Below, piece after piece: positions 1-9,654 of a stretch of DNA of 64,000 nt. Made by a program: the position numbers and the translations under genes. The first letter of the stretch is position 1. Each line of letters begins with the position of its first letter. This DNA is from Corallococcus coralloides. GTDB lineage: Bacteria; Myxococcota; Myxococcia; Myxococcales; Myxococcaceae. Where the stretch lies: the NCBI RefSeq assembly GCF_004104415.1, contig NZ_CP034669.1. One strand, given 5' to 3'. The notes beneath the pieces are model-generated. The model searched no databases, was not told where the DNA came from, and saw nothing but the letters and a program-made list of their open reading frames with translations.

Positions 1-213
1 GTCCCCTCCAATCACTTCCGGCGCGGACGTTGCGAACTGCTGCAATTCGCCGTTGCCCAGCGAGCGGCGATCCTCCAGGTCCTGGATCCGCGCCTTGACC
101 CGCGCCTTCACCTGCGCGGCCGTCTCTGGCGGCGGAGCGGGCGCCGGCACCGAGCGGACACAGGCGCTCACGAGGAGGACTCCGGCGGACACGGCGGCGG
201 GCAGGCGAGCCAT
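1..213 (-). CDS. lipoprotein, N-terminal fragment (gene runs off the window start)
   Basis: Minus-strand ATG at 211-213 opens a frame reading MARLPAAVSAGVLLVSAC..., i.e. a signal peptide with an L-V-S-A-C lipobox. It is open to position 1 and is not in the ORF track because it is truncated. Confidence 0.45.
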   Translation of the reverse strand, partial: MARLPAAVSAGVLLVSACVRSVPAPAPPPETAAQVKARVKARIQDLEDRRSLGNGELQQFATSAPEVIGGD

Positions 214-336
214 GCTCGAATGGGCTAGGTCAATTCCCCGCGAAAATCCAGGGGTTATGCCGCTGAACAGGTTTGACAGCCGCGCGCCGGGGCCGGGAAG
301 ATATCGGGCCGTTTCCCCCCTCCCGGAGCACCGGCC

Positions 337-1278
337 CTGAACTGCCCAGGCTGCAATCGCAAGGTCGCGGAAGACACCGCCATCTGCCCCCACTGCGACC
401 ACATCATCGACGAGTCCTTCCTTGGGGGAACCGGGGATGAGGGGAACTCCGGCGGTGAAGAAGAGAGCACCGGCATCCGCCCTCCGCCGCGCTCGCGGCC
501 CCCTCCGGCCCGGGCCGCTCCGGAGCCTCGTGCACGCCCTGCTCCGGCCCGCGCCAGGACGGGCGCCCGCCCCGCCGCGCCGCCGCCGAGCGACGACGCC
601 ACCAACGTGCGGAGCATGGACGACATCGCCCGGGAGAAGGCCCAACGTACCGCGCCTCCCGCCCGGGGAGGTGGCGCGGCCAGGGCCGCTCGCGCGCCGG
701 CCCGTCGCGCCCCGGCGCCCGCTCCCGTCGAGGAGGAAGAGGACGACTCGGGCGACGCGGTGGCGGACCCCTGGTCCCGCGAGGCCCGGGAGCTGGAGTC
801 GCCCCGCTCGCCCATCGACGATCCGGAGGTCCTGCTGGACGACGCGCGCTCGTTCCTGCGCGAGCTGGAGGGCGGCGACCGCATCGCGTTCTGGGGCGCG
901 ACGCTGGTGGTGCTCTCCTGCTTCATGCCGTGGAAGGAGACGGCGGAGGGCGGCGACTTCCTGGGCCTCATCAGCCTGGGGTTCATCTCGTTCCTCTTCG
1001 CCGTCGCGACCATGGTCTTCGTGGGCCTGCGGGCGCGTCAGGTGATGACCTGGGTGAACCCCATGCTGCCGTGGGGCGCGCAGATGTTCTGCAGCGTGGT
1101 GACCCTCATCTGGTCGCTGGTGTTCCTGAAGCTGTCCTCGGACACCACGCTCGTGCCTTCGCCGCTGGGCAACGCGGAGATGATGAACTCGTCGCCGAGC
1201 ATCGGCTGTTTCCTGGGCATCCTCGGCGGCGTCATCGCGGTGCTGGGCAGCCTGATGGGCCTGAAGCGCCAGGAGTAG
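337..1278 (+). CDS. zinc-ribbon domain membrane protein with Pro/Arg-rich linker and C-terminal multi-TM domain
   Basis: Track ORF 607..1278 (GTG start) ends in about four hydrophobic helices. The same frame is open back to a stop at 274-276 and encodes CPGCNRKV-x11-CPHCDH (343-410), a zinc-ribbon motif, but no ATG/GTG/TTG precedes 607. The start is therefore uncertain (CTG at 337 or another non-canonical start). Confidence 0.5.
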   Translation: MNCPGCNRKVAEDTAICPHCDHIIDESFLGGTGDEGNSGGEEESTGIRPPPRSRPPPARAAPEPRARPAPARARTGARPAAPPPSDDATNVRSMDDIAREKAQRTAPPARGGGAARAARAPARRAPAPAPVEEEEDDSGDAVADPWSREARELESPRSPIDDPEVLLDDARSFLRELEGGDRIAFWGATLVVLSCFMPWKETAEGGDFLGLISLGFISFLFAVATMVFVGLRARQVMTWVNPMLPWGAQMFCSVVTLIWSLVFLKLSSDTTLVPSPLGNAEMMNSSPSIGCFLGILGGVIAVLGSLMGLKRQE

Positions 1279-1336
1279 GCCCGCGAGGATTTCGCTGCCG
1301 CGCCGGGCGTGAGGCGGGCTACCGTCGCCCGCCACC

Positions 1337-2272
1337 ATGTCCGACGCCACGCCCCTCTCCCGCCTCCTCGACGCGCTGGGCTCGGCCGTCGTGGGCCAGC
1401 CCCGCGTGCTGGCCGACCTGGTGACGGCCTTCCTCGCGCGCGGCCACGTGCTGCTGGAGGGCGTGCCCGGGGTCGCCAAGACGCTCACCGCGCGCAGCAT
1501 GGCGGGGGCGCTGGGCCTGTCCTTCTCCCGCGTGCAGTTCACCCCGGACCTGATGCCCGCGGACATCCTGGGCACCAACATCTTCCAGCCGCAGGAGCAG
1601 ACCTTCCGCCTGATGAAGGGCCCCGTCTTCACGGAGGTCCTGGTCGCGGATGAGATCAACCGCACGCCGCCCAAGACGCAGGCGGCGCTCCTGGAGGCCA
1701 TGGAGGAGCGGCAGGTCACCATCGACGGCGTCACGCACGCGCTGCCGCCGCACTTCTTCGTCGTCGCCACGCAGAACCCGCTGGAGCTGGAGGGCACCTA
1801 TCCCCTCCCCGAGGCGCAGCTGGACCGCTTCCTCATGCGCGTGCGCGTGGGCTACCCGGACGGCGACGCGGAGACGTCCCTCCTGCGCGCCTTCCACCAG
1901 CGCGAGGGCCGGCCGCCCGGTGTGTCCCGCGTGCTGGACGCTGGCACGCTGACGGAGCTGCAGGACCGCGCCGCGCGCGTCGCGTGTGACGACTCCATCC
2001 TCCAGTACGTGGTGCAGCTCGTGCGCGACACCCGTGCACATCCTCGCGTGCGGCTGGGCGCGAGCCCCCGCGCCGCGCAGGCCCTGCTCGCGGCGTCCAA
2101 GGCGCACGCGGCGCTCCGGGGCACCGACTTCGTCACCCCGGACGACGTGAAGTCCGTCACGCCCAGCGTCCTCAACCACCGCCTCCTCCTCAAGGCCGAG
2201 GCGGAGGTGGAGGGCGTCACCGCGGACGACGTGCTGAAGCAGATGCTCGAACGGGTGCGAGTGCCCCGGTGA
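1337..2272 (+). CDS. MoxR-family AAA+ ATPase
   Basis: Walker A GVPGVAKT, a Walker B-like VLVADEINR, sensor ATQNP and overall MoxR architecture, 311 aa. Confidence 0.95.
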   Translation: MSDATPLSRLLDALGSAVVGQPRVLADLVTAFLARGHVLLEGVPGVAKTLTARSMAGALGLSFSRVQFTPDLMPADILGTNIFQPQEQTFRLMKGPVFTEVLVADEINRTPPKTQAALLEAMEERQVTIDGVTHALPPHFFVVATQNPLELEGTYPLPEAQLDRFLMRVRVGYPDGDAETSLLRAFHQREGRPPGVSRVLDAGTLTELQDRAARVACDDSILQYVVQLVRDTRAHPRVRLGASPRAAQALLAASKAHAALRGTDFVTPDDVKSVTPSVLNHRLLLKAEAEVEGVTADDVLKQMLERVRVPR

Positions 2273-3594
2273 GCCTCGGGCGCCCCGTCCCCAGCGGCCT
2301 CGCCGTGGCGCTGTTCGCCGGAGCGCTGGTGCCCGCCGCGCTCGCGGTGGCGAGCCCCGCCTTCGGGTGGCTGGCGCTCGCGGTGGACGTGGCCGTCCTG
2401 CTCCTGTGCGCGGTGGACTTCCTGCGCGCGCCCCATGCCCATGACGTCGACGCGCGCCGCGAGGTGGAGCCCATCCTCTCCTCCGGCGTGGACAACACCG
2501 TGCGCTGGGAGCTGCGTTCGCGCACGGACCTGCCCGTGCGCGGCGAGCTGCGCGACGAGCCGCCCCTGGACGTGGAGAGCCACGGCCACCGTCAGCCCTT
2601 CACGCTGGAGCCGAAAGACGCCACGCGGCTGACGTACCGCGTGCACCCGCCCTCCCGGGGTGACGCGCGCTTCGGCGACGTGAACCTGCGCCTGATGGGG
2701 CCGCTGGGCCTGTGCTCGCGGCAGGTGCGGCTGCCCGCGGGCCAGGACGTGAAGGTGTATCCGGACCTGCGCGCCCTGTCGCGCGAGGCGCTGACGCTGG
2801 CGCGCGCGTCGGAGGCCGTGTCCGCGCGCACGCTCCTGCGCAAGTCCGTGGAGGGCCGCGAGTTCGAGTCGCTGCGCGAGTACCGCCCCGGCGACGACTA
2901 CCGGCACATCGACTGGAAGTCCTCCGCGCGCCACGGCCACACGCTGGTGCGCACGTGGCAGCCGGAGCGCAACCAGCCGGTGCTGCTGCTGTTGGACTGC
3001 GGCCGTCACATGGCGGGCCGGGTGCAGGGGCGCCGGAAGCTGGACCACGCGGTGGACGCGGCGCTGCGGCTGGCGCGCGTGAGCCTGGACGCGGGCGACG
3101 TGGTGGGCGTGCTCGCGTTCGCCAGCGACGTGCGCGCCTTCCTGCCGCCTCGCAAGGGCGCGGAGCACCTGCGCCTCATCACCGAGTCCCTCTACCGCGC
3201 GGAGGCCGGCCTGGAGGAGAGCGACTACGGCCGCGCGTTCGACTTCGCCTTCGCCCGCCAGACGCGCCGCGCGCTGGTGGTGCTCTTCACCGACCTGGTG
3301 GATCCGGACGCGTCCTCCGCGCTCCTCACGCGCACGCTGGCCCTGCGCCCCCGGCACCTGCCCGTCGTCGCGTCGCTCCTGGACGAGGACCTGGAGGCCG
3401 CCGCCACGGACGTGCCCGGCGACGCGACGTCCGCCTACGCGCGGCAGGCCGCCTCCCGCATGGAGTCCGAGTACCGCCGCACCGCCACCACGCTGCGCGA
3501 CGCGGGGGCACTGGTGGTGCGCGCGCCGGCCCGCGGCTTCGGCGCCGCTGCACTCAACGTGTACCTGGACGTGAAGGCGCGCGGGCGCCTCTGA
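2269..3594 (+). CDS. DUF58 family protein (vWA-like, canonical MoxR partner)
   Basis: GTG start overlaps the MoxR stop by 4 nt. N-terminal TM helices, then [24 protein letters not shown] and a vWA-like core (LLLDCGRHM). Confidence 0.9.
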   Translation: MSLGRPVPSGLAVALFAGALVPAALAVASPAFGWLALAVDVAVLLLCAVDFLRAPHAHDVDARREVEPILSSGVDNTVRWELRSRTDLPVRGELRDEPPLDVESHGHRQPFTLEPKDATRLTYRVHPPSRGDARFGDVNLRLMGPLGLCSRQVRLPAGQDVKVYPDLRALSREALTLARASEAVSARTLLRKSVEGREFESLREYRPGDDYRHIDWKSSARHGHTLVRTWQPERNQPVLLLLDCGRHMAGRVQGRRKLDHAVDAALRLARVSLDAGDVVGVLAFASDVRAFLPPRKGAEHLRLITESLYRAEAGLEESDYGRAFDFAFARQTRRALVVLFTDLVDPDASSALLTRTLALRPRHLPVVASLLDEDLEAAATDVPGDATSAYARQAASRMESEYRRTATTLRDAGALVVRAPARGFGAAALNVYLDVKARGRL

Positions 3595-3728
3595 GCGCTC
3601 ACGACGCCTTCGTCAAGCCCTTTGAAACACTCCAGCGCTCGCGCGCGCATGCGCCGCTCCGCCGAACAGCACGCTTGCCAATCGCGCGGAGGCCGAGTTT
3701 TCGGCCTCCGGGAGGACCCCCTTTACAG

Positions 3729-6557
3729 ATGCGGATCGCTCCCCAGAATGGCGCGCCTCAACTGTTCGCGCGCACGCGCGCACGCTCCAAACCGGACGGG
3801 AGGCGGGACTTGGCGGAGGTCGCGAGGGGTTTGAAGCTGGAAGTGGAGGCGGACGCCGCGGCCATCGCGGCCCGTGCCGCGGAGGAACTCGTGGAGGCGG
3901 GGCTGACGCCCTTCCACGAGCGGCTCCTCGCCGAGGAACTGCTCGCGCGCAGCGGTGACACGCAGCAGCGGCTGGCGAACGCGCTGGCCGAGGCGAAGGT
4001 GGACCTCAACCCCCACCAGGTCGAAGCCGCGATGTTCGCGCTGGACGCCCTGTCGCGCGGCGGCTGCATGCTCGCGGACGAGGTGGGCCTGGGGAAGACC
4101 ATCGAGGCGGGCCTCGTCATCGCCCAGCTCATGGCGGAGGGAAAAAACCGCATCCTCATCCTCGCCCCCGCGGTGCTGCGCGCGCAGTGGAATGCCGAAT
4201 TGCGCGAGAAGTTCGACCTGGACAGCGTCCTCGTCGACGGCCGCGACGTGAAGAAGCACAACAACTGCTTCGATCAGCCCTTCCCCGTCATCTGCTCGCA
4301 CCCGTTCGCGGCGAACCGCTCCGCGCTCGTGTCGGAGATTCCGTGGGACCTGATCATCATCGACGAGGCCCACCGGCTCCGGAACGCGCACCGTCCCAAC
4401 AACAAGACGGGCCAGGCGCTGCGCGCGTCGCTGGCGGGCCGCCCCAAGCTGCTGCTCACCGCCACCCCGCTCCAGAATGACTTGATGGAGCTGTTCGGCC
4501 TGATGTCGCTGCTGGACGAGCAGATCCTGGGCCCCGAGCACGCCTTCCGCAGCCGCTACCGCGCGGACGAGGGCGGCGGCATGACGGAGGCCGCCGCGTG
4601 CGAGCTCAAGGAGCGGCTGGCCCCGGTGGTGCAACGCACGCTGCGCCGGCAGGTGCGCGAGTACGTCCGCTACACCAACCGCCGCAGCATCGTGGAGGAC
4701 TTCCTCCCCTCCCCCGAGGAGCACGACCTCTACGAGAAGGTCAGTGAGTACCTGCAGCGCTCGGAGGCCGCGGCCATCGAGCCGGGCAAGAAGACGCTCC
4801 TGACGCTGTGCTACCGCAAGCTGCTGGCCTCCTCCACGTTCGCCATCGCGCCCACGCTGCGGCGGCTGTCGGAGAACCTGGAGAAGCGCCTGTCGGCCGC
4901 GCGGCTGGGACAGCAGGCCCTGTCGCTCTTCGAGCCGGAAGAGGCCAGGCAGTTCGTGGAGGAAGGCGAGGAGTGGTCCGACGACCCCGCCAAGGCGCCC
5001 CAGGTCCGCACGCTGGAGCAGGAAGTGTGGGAGCTGCGTCAGTACGCGGACCTCGCGGACTCCATCCGCATCAACGCCAAGGGTGAGGCGCTCAAGCGCG
5101 CCCTGGACCGCACCTTCGCGGTGATGCGCACGCACTCCTGGCCGGAGAAGGCGCTCATCTTCACGGAGTCCAAGCGCACGCAGCAGTACCTCTTCAGGCT
5201 GCTGTCGGAGCACGGCTACAAGGACAAGATTTCGCTCCTGTCCGGCGACGCGGGTGGCACGCCCGAGGAGCGCCGGGCGCTGGTGGAGGAGTTCCGCCAC
5301 AAGACACAGATCCTCATCTGCACGGAGGCCGGCGCCGAGGGCCTCAACCTCCAGTTCTGCAACCTGGTGGTGAACTACGACCTGCCGTGGAACCCGCAGC
5401 GCGTGGAGCAGCGCATTGGCCGGTGCCACCGCTACGGCCAGCAGCGCGACGTGCTGGTGGTGAACTTCCTCAACCGGCAGAACGCGGCGGACGCGCGCCT
5501 GTTCGAGCTGCTGGAGAAGAAGCTCAACCTCTTCGACGGCGTGTTCGGCGCGTCCGACGAAATCCTGGGCGCGCTGGAGAGCGGCGTCGACTTCGAGCGC
5601 CGCGTGCTGGACATCTACCAGTCCTGCCGCGACCCGAAGGACATCAACGTCGCCTTCGACAAGCTGCGCGAGGAGCTGGAGGGCAGCATCAACCAGCGCA
5701 TGACGTCGATGCGCTCGGTGGTGCTGGAGCGCTTCGACGGCGACGTGCGCCGCCGGCTGCGCGTGGCGGGAGACGCGGCCAAGGAGGTCGTGGCCAAACG
5801 CCAGCAGGAGGCGAAGGCGCTCACCGGCTCCGTGCTGGGCAGCCGCACCTCCGGACGGCTCCAGGTGGCCAAGGCCGCCTACGCGGTGCGCGACCGCACC
5901 CAGGACACCGTCAGCTACCTGCAGCTGGACGCGGCGGGGCTCCCCTCGCGGCTGGCGCGGCTGGCCGGCAGCGAGGGCTGGTGGTTCGTCTACAAGTTCG
6001 AGACGACGGGCCTCAAGCCGGAGGAGAAGCTGGTCCACCTGGTGCTGGTGAAGGACCGGGACGGCGGCTTCCGCGCCCTGCCGCTGACGGACGGGGTCCA
6101 CTTCACGAAGCTCGACGCCAAGGAAGAGAAGCGCCGGCAGCCCGCGCCGGTGTCGGTCCAGCTCATGCAAGAGCAGTCGCTCATGACCGCCAAGGATGAG
6201 CTGATTCGGGCCGCGGAACGGCGCAACGCGTTGGAGCTGGACAAGGCCAAGGAGCGCGCGGACCGCTACGTCGAGGACTGCCTGATGGAGTCCCGCGAGG
6301 TGGTGGAGTCCGCCCGCCAGGCGTGGTTCGACGCGCGCAAGGAGGTCTCCGGCATCGAGGACATCGCGGAGCGCGCGAAGGCGCGGGCGCACGCGGACCG
6401 GCAGGAGCGCGACTACCGCCGCAAGCTGGCGTCGCTGCGCAACGAGGAGGAGAAGCGCTACGCCTCCAAGGACCGGCAGATGGCGGAGCTGGCGAACAAG
6501 GCGCGCGTGACGGAGAAGCGCACCCTCATCGCCTCCGCGTACTTCTGGCTGTCGTGA
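3729..6557 (+). CDS. SNF2-family DEAH-box helicase with long C-terminal coiled-coil region
   Basis: ATG at 3729 lies in the frame of track ORF 2712..6557, with GGGAGGA 14 nt upstream. Motifs: ADEVGLGKTIEAG (I), IIIDEAHRLRN (II), LLLTATPLQN (III), and a helicase C-terminal domain (ICTEAGAEGLNLQ...QRIGRCHRYGQ). The N-terminal 339 codons of the track ORF are low-complexity overlap with DUF58 and are rejected. Confidence 0.9.
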   Translation: MRIAPQNGAPQLFARTRARSKPDGRRDLAEVARGLKLEVEADAAAIAARAAEELVEAGLTPFHERLLAEELLARSGDTQQRLANALAEAKVDLNPHQVEAAMFALDALSRGGCMLADEVGLGKTIEAGLVIAQLMAEGKNRILILAPAVLRAQWNAELREKFDLDSVLVDGRDVKKHNNCFDQPFPVICSHPFAANRSALVSEIPWDLIIIDEAHRLRNAHRPNNKTGQALRASLAGRPKLLLTATPLQNDLMELFGLMSLLDEQILGPEHAFRSRYRADEGGGMTEAAACELKERLAPVVQRTLRRQVREYVRYTNRRSIVEDFLPSPEEHDLYEKVSEYLQRSEAAAIEPGKKTLLTLCYRKLLASSTFAIAPTLRRLSENLEKRLSAARLGQQALSLFEPEEARQFVEEGEEWSDDPAKAPQVRTLEQEVWELRQYADLADSIRINAKGEALKRALDRTFAVMRTHSWPEKALIFTESKRTQQYLFRLLSEHGYKDKISLLSGDAGGTPEERRALVEEFRHKTQILICTEAGAEGLNLQFCNLVVNYDLPWNPQRVEQRIGRCHRYGQQRDVLVVNFLNRQNAADARLFELLEKKLNLFDGVFGASDEILGALESGVDFERRVLDIYQSCRDPKDINVAFDKLREELEGSINQRMTSMRSVVLERFDGDVRRRLRVAGDAAKEVVAKRQQEAKALTGSVLGSRTSGRLQVAKAAYAVRDRTQDTVSYLQLDAAGLPSRLARLAGSEGWWFVYKFETTGLKPEEKLVHLVLVKDRDGGFRALPLTDGVHFTKLDAKEEKRRQPAPVSVQLMQEQSLMTAKDELIRAAERRNALELDKAKERADRYVEDCLMESREVVESARQAWFDARKEVSGIEDIAERAKARAHADRQERDYRRKLASLRNEEEKRYASKDRQMAELANKARVTEKRTLIASAYFWLS

Positions 6558-6572
6558 GAAGCATGGGCCCCG

Positions 6573-6905
6573 TCACAGGGGCTTGAGCCGCACCCACGTC
6601 GCGCCCCAGCCTCCGTCCGCCTCGGAGGCGGTCTGGAAGCCTTCCACCTCCGGCAGCGTGGGCAGCAGGGACTGCACGGTGCGCCTCAGCGCGCCCGTGC
6701 CCTTGCCGTGGATGATGCGCACGTCGAGCACGCCCTTCTGGCGGCAGGCCCAGAGGTACTCGGTGACGAGCTCCTTCACCTCGCGAGGCTGGAAGAGATG
6801 CAGGTCGAGGTTCCCATCGACCGGAATTTCTACCGCTTCCAGCTCATCGGGCGGCGGCTCCGGCCCCTCCGGTGGCAGGGGCGGGAGTGGCTTTCGGCGA
6901 GACAC
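6573..6905 (-). CDS. Smr domain protein (Smr domain portion)
   Basis: LDLHLFQPREVKELVTEYLWACRQKGVLDVRIIHGKGTGALRRTV is a classic Smr (MutS2 C-terminal-like) domain. The frame stays open upstream of the GTG start with no canonical start. Confidence 0.7.
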   Translation of the reverse strand: MSRRKPLPPLPPEGPEPPPDELEAVEIPVDGNLDLHLFQPREVKELVTEYLWACRQKGVLDVRIIHGKGTGALRRTVQSLLPTLPEVEGFQTASEADGGWGATWVRLKPL

Positions 6906-7155
6906 CGTAGCGGGCCTCCTCCTGGCGCTGCTTCTCCTCGGCCGCCAGACGCTGACGCTCGCGCGCCAGCCGGAACTGTTCCTTGAGGCTGGTGATCTCC
7001 CCCTTGAGCTGGTTGATGTCCTCCTTCACCGCTCGCGGGTGGCTTTCGCCAGTCCCATCCACGTGATTGCCCGCACGCCTGCCCTCCGAGCCGGCTCCAC
7101 CGGAGGAGGTCATCTGCATCAACAGCGCGGCCAGGGTCATCACCATCATGCCCAA
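6844..7155 (-). CDS. hydrophobic N-terminus plus coiled-coil ORF, probably the N-terminal part of the Smr protein in another frame
   Basis: MGMMVMTLAALLMQM... followed by a heptad-like EDINQLKGEITSLKEQFRLARERQRLAAEEKQRQEE. It overlaps the Smr ORF by 62 nt in a different frame, so a frameshift, an indel error or two overlapping genes are all possible. Confidence 0.4.
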   Translation of the reverse strand: MGMMVMTLAALLMQMTSSGGAGSEGRRAGNHVDGTGESHPRAVKEDINQLKGEITSLKEQFRLARERQRLAAEEKQRQEEARYGVSPKATPAPATGGAGAAAR

Positions 7156-7187
7156 TCACGTAAGCAAGCGCCGTGCTCGCGCGCAAG

Positions 7188-8246
7188 TCATGTTGCGTGA
7201 ACGGCGCCTCTCTGACCGCCCTCCTCCTTGTGTGACACGACGCGTTCGGCGAGCCGTACGGCGGACAGGGGGGCGCTGCCTTCCGCCTTGTTGTTGATGG
7301 TCACGAAGACGGGGCGGTCGCGCCGCACCGCGGCCATGCACACCCGGGCCAGCACGTCGCGGGTGCCCCCGTCCTCGTCCACCAGCCGGTTGAACGGCGC
7401 GTACCGGGCATAGGCCTCCTCGTAGCCCAGGTTCGGCGGCAGCATCCAACGCACCACCACGGCGCGAGCCTCGAAGGCGCGCGTGAGCTTCGCCTGCCGC
7501 GCGACGGGCGGCATGTGGGCCCACACCGCGAGCACCGGGCTCACGCCCGTGTCCGCGAGCGCCTGGGCGAAGCCCTCCGTGAGCAGCTCCTCGTTGCGCA
7601 CCTCCACCGCGTACAGCGGCCCGCGGGGCAGCGCGGAGAAGAACGCGTGCAGCCGCTCCACGAAGCGGCCCGCGCCGCCCAGTGCCGCGGGGTCCTGCGG
7701 CGGGAACTGGAAGACGAGCGGCCCGGCCTTGTCGCCCAGCCCTTCCAGGAACGGCGCCACCACGTGGTCCACCGCGTAGGCCGCCTGGAGGAAGCGGTCA
7801 TTCACCTGCCCCCGGTGCGCGCCGTACCGGTCGTGCACGGGGAAGCGCGCCAGCGTGCAGGCCTCGTGGGCCTTCACCAGGAAGCGGAAGCCGTCCGGCA
7901 CCTGCTGGGCGTACTCGGCGAAGGTGGTGGCCGGAACCGGCGCGTAGAACGTCCGGTCGATGCCCACCGTGCGCAGCACCGGGTGGTGCGAGTAGGCGGC
8001 CAGGCCCTCGCGCGCCAGCTGGGTGGTGCTGGCCTCATGGTCGTACACGAGCCCGTTCCAACCCGGGAAGGTCCACGACGACGTGCCCAGGTAGACGCCC
8101 CGCGGAAGCTGCTCGCCCAGCAGGCGCAGGCTGTCGGACGGCTCGGCGGGCCCCACCGGCTGGGTCCTGCGCCGCGACGACGCCGGGGGCTCCTCCACCG
8201 CGCCGGTGAAGAGGTCGAACTGCGCGGGTCTTCGCGGTGCGCTCAT
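7188..8246 (-). CDS. DUF72 (YecE/UPF0759) family protein
   Basis: GTSSWTFPGW motif and family-typical length and composition. Confidence 0.88.
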   Translation of the reverse strand: MSAPRRPAQFDLFTGAVEEPPASSRRRTQPVGPAEPSDSLRLLGEQLPRGVYLGTSSWTFPGWNGLVYDHEASTTQLAREGLAAYSHHPVLRTVGIDRTFYAPVPATTFAEYAQQVPDGFRFLVKAHEACTLARFPVHDRYGAHRGQVNDRFLQAAYAVDHVVAPFLEGLGDKAGPLVFQFPPQDPAALGGAGRFVERLHAFFSALPRGPLYAVEVRNEELLTEGFAQALADTGVSPVLAVWAHMPPVARQAKLTRAFEARAVVVRWMLPPNLGYEEAYARYAPFNRLVDEDGGTRDVLARVCMAAVRRDRPVFVTINNKAEGSAPLSAVRLAERVVSHKEEGGQRGAVHAT

Positions 8247-8379
8247 GCGTGCAGCTCCTCTCCCACGGCGGGGACGGCGGGGAAGCCCAGGGAGTAATTC
8301 CCGAGCCCAGGTGATGCAGCAGGTTGCCCGGATTCAGCGCGACGTTCCAGGTTTCCAGCACGCCCTCCAGGCGAACGGC

Positions 8380-8511
8380 CACACACGGACAGTCCTCTTC
8401 CCAGCACCACGGTATGTGATTGGACCTATGTCCAAATGCAAATGCAGCCGCTTCGATGTAAGCTACTCAAACCAAGAAATTCGGCACTACCCATGTAAAG
8501 CTTGAACGAGA
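8380..8511. promoter_or_regulatory. AT-rich divergent intergenic region upstream of the PAS-LuxR regulator
   Basis: Locally AT-rich (e.g. tatgtgattggacctatgtccaaatgcaaatgcagc) in an otherwise ~70 % GC context, between divergent genes. Confidence 0.25.
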
Positions 8512-9450
8512 TTGCAACGGCCGGGGGGCCTCATGGACTGGTCGTTGACCGCGTCGCTGCTCGCGGAGCGGGACACACGCCCCATCGTCGTGATGGACCG
8601 GCGCGGCCGCATCGAGCTGGCGAACGGCGCGTTCACGTCGCTGCTGGGCCGGCCCCGTGAGGAGTTGCTGGGGCGCCGCTGGACGGATGTCTGCACGCCA
8701 CGCGAGCACGGACGCGAGGTGGGCCAGGCGCTGCGGGCCATCTTCACCAGCGCGGAGACGCGGCTGGAGACGGAGGTGCTCACGCGCGACGGCGAGCGGC
8801 TGTCGGTGGAGCTGGACGTGGCCGCCGTGGGCCGCCCACCCCTGCGGCTGGTGGCCATCGTCACGCGCGCCTCGCCGCCCCTCTCCGTCCCCGAGCGCAC
8901 CGTCGTCCCGGAGCCGGCCCGGGACCCCCACCGGGACCTGAGCTACGAAATCTCCACCGAGCTGTCGTCGTTCGGGACGCTCAAGGCGGTGTGGACGTCC
9001 GGAGAGGCGCGGCAGGAGGAGATGGTGGGCCAGCCGTGCTTCGGCGCCTTCGCGCACCGCGACGCGCCCTGCCTGGACTGTCCGTTGACGGTGGCGGCGC
9101 CCGCCTCGTGGCCAAACACCATCGTGCGGCAGGCCGCCGAGCACGCCGAGGGCTATGAGGTCGTCACCGCCACGCCCACGGGCGCCGGCACCGCGCGTGT
9201 CAGCGTTCACACCATCAGGGATGAGACCCTCAGCGGCCTCTTCGAGGCGAAGGTGCGGCGCATGGCGCACGCCGCGCGGCTGTCCGAGCGGGAAGGCGAT
9301 GTGTTGCGATATCTCGCGCTCGGCCGCTCACCGGCCGACATTTCAACAGTGCTAGGAATTACCGAGCGCACTGTGAAATTCCACCAGAGCAACCTGCTCC
9401 GGAAGCTGGGCGCGGAGACTCGCTACGATTTGCTCCGCCTGTTCTTCTGA
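8512..9450 (+). CDS. PAS-domain LuxR-family transcriptional regulator
   Basis: N-terminal PAS-like region (IVVMDRRGRIELANGAFTSLLG...) and C-terminal LuxR HTH (EREGDVLRYLALGRSPADISTVLGITERTVKFHQSNLLRKLG). The true start may be the Met 7 codons in. Confidence 0.85.
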   Translation: MQRPGGLMDWSLTASLLAERDTRPIVVMDRRGRIELANGAFTSLLGRPREELLGRRWTDVCTPREHGREVGQALRAIFTSAETRLETEVLTRDGERLSVELDVAAVGRPPLRLVAIVTRASPPLSVPERTVVPEPARDPHRDLSYEISTELSSFGTLKAVWTSGEARQEEMVGQPCFGAFAHRDAPCLDCPLTVAAPASWPNTIVRQAAEHAEGYEVVTATPTGAGTARVSVHTIRDETLSGLFEAKVRRMAHAARLSEREGDVLRYLALGRSPADISTVLGITERTVKFHQSNLLRKLGAETRYDLLRLFF

Positions 9451-9654
9451 GCAGGGCGCCTGCCCTCCGGGACAGCTTTCACGGCGTTGACTTTGGAGGA
9501 TGCTGGGACTTCGACTCCGGAGTCTTGTGGGTCGGGGGGCCGTTGCCCATGGGCAGCGCCAGTCAAATCCGTCTCATCAAACACATACAGTCTGTCTGGA
9601 CTCTTGTCCCAGGGCGTCCTGTCCGTGAGTGACACTCCGGGCTGGGACGACGTG

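Noticed and set aside
255-1045. ORFs 255..1013 (-) and 422..1045 (+) overlapping the zinc-ribbon membrane protein gene.
   Set aside because: Both are low-complexity Ser/Arg/Pro-rich translations, whereas the retained frame has zinc-ribbon and TM features.
2712-3728. N-terminal 339 codons of track ORF 2712..6557 (would make a 1281 aa protein).
   Set aside because: The composition is Ala/Gly/Arg/Pro low-complexity and overlaps DUF58 in another frame. The helicase has a clean ATG with an RBS at 3729.
3723-6392. 889 aa minus-strand ORF antisense to the SNF2 helicase, and similar long antisense ORFs (13889..15796 -, 28789..31644 +, 41502..43760 -, 43996..45576 -, 53628..55562 -, 56763..58424 -, 59252..62269 +).
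   Set aside because: They are Arg/Gly/Ala/Pro-dominated and domain-free, and lie opposite well-supported genes. This is the usual stop-codon-poor antisense frame of ~70 % GC DNA.
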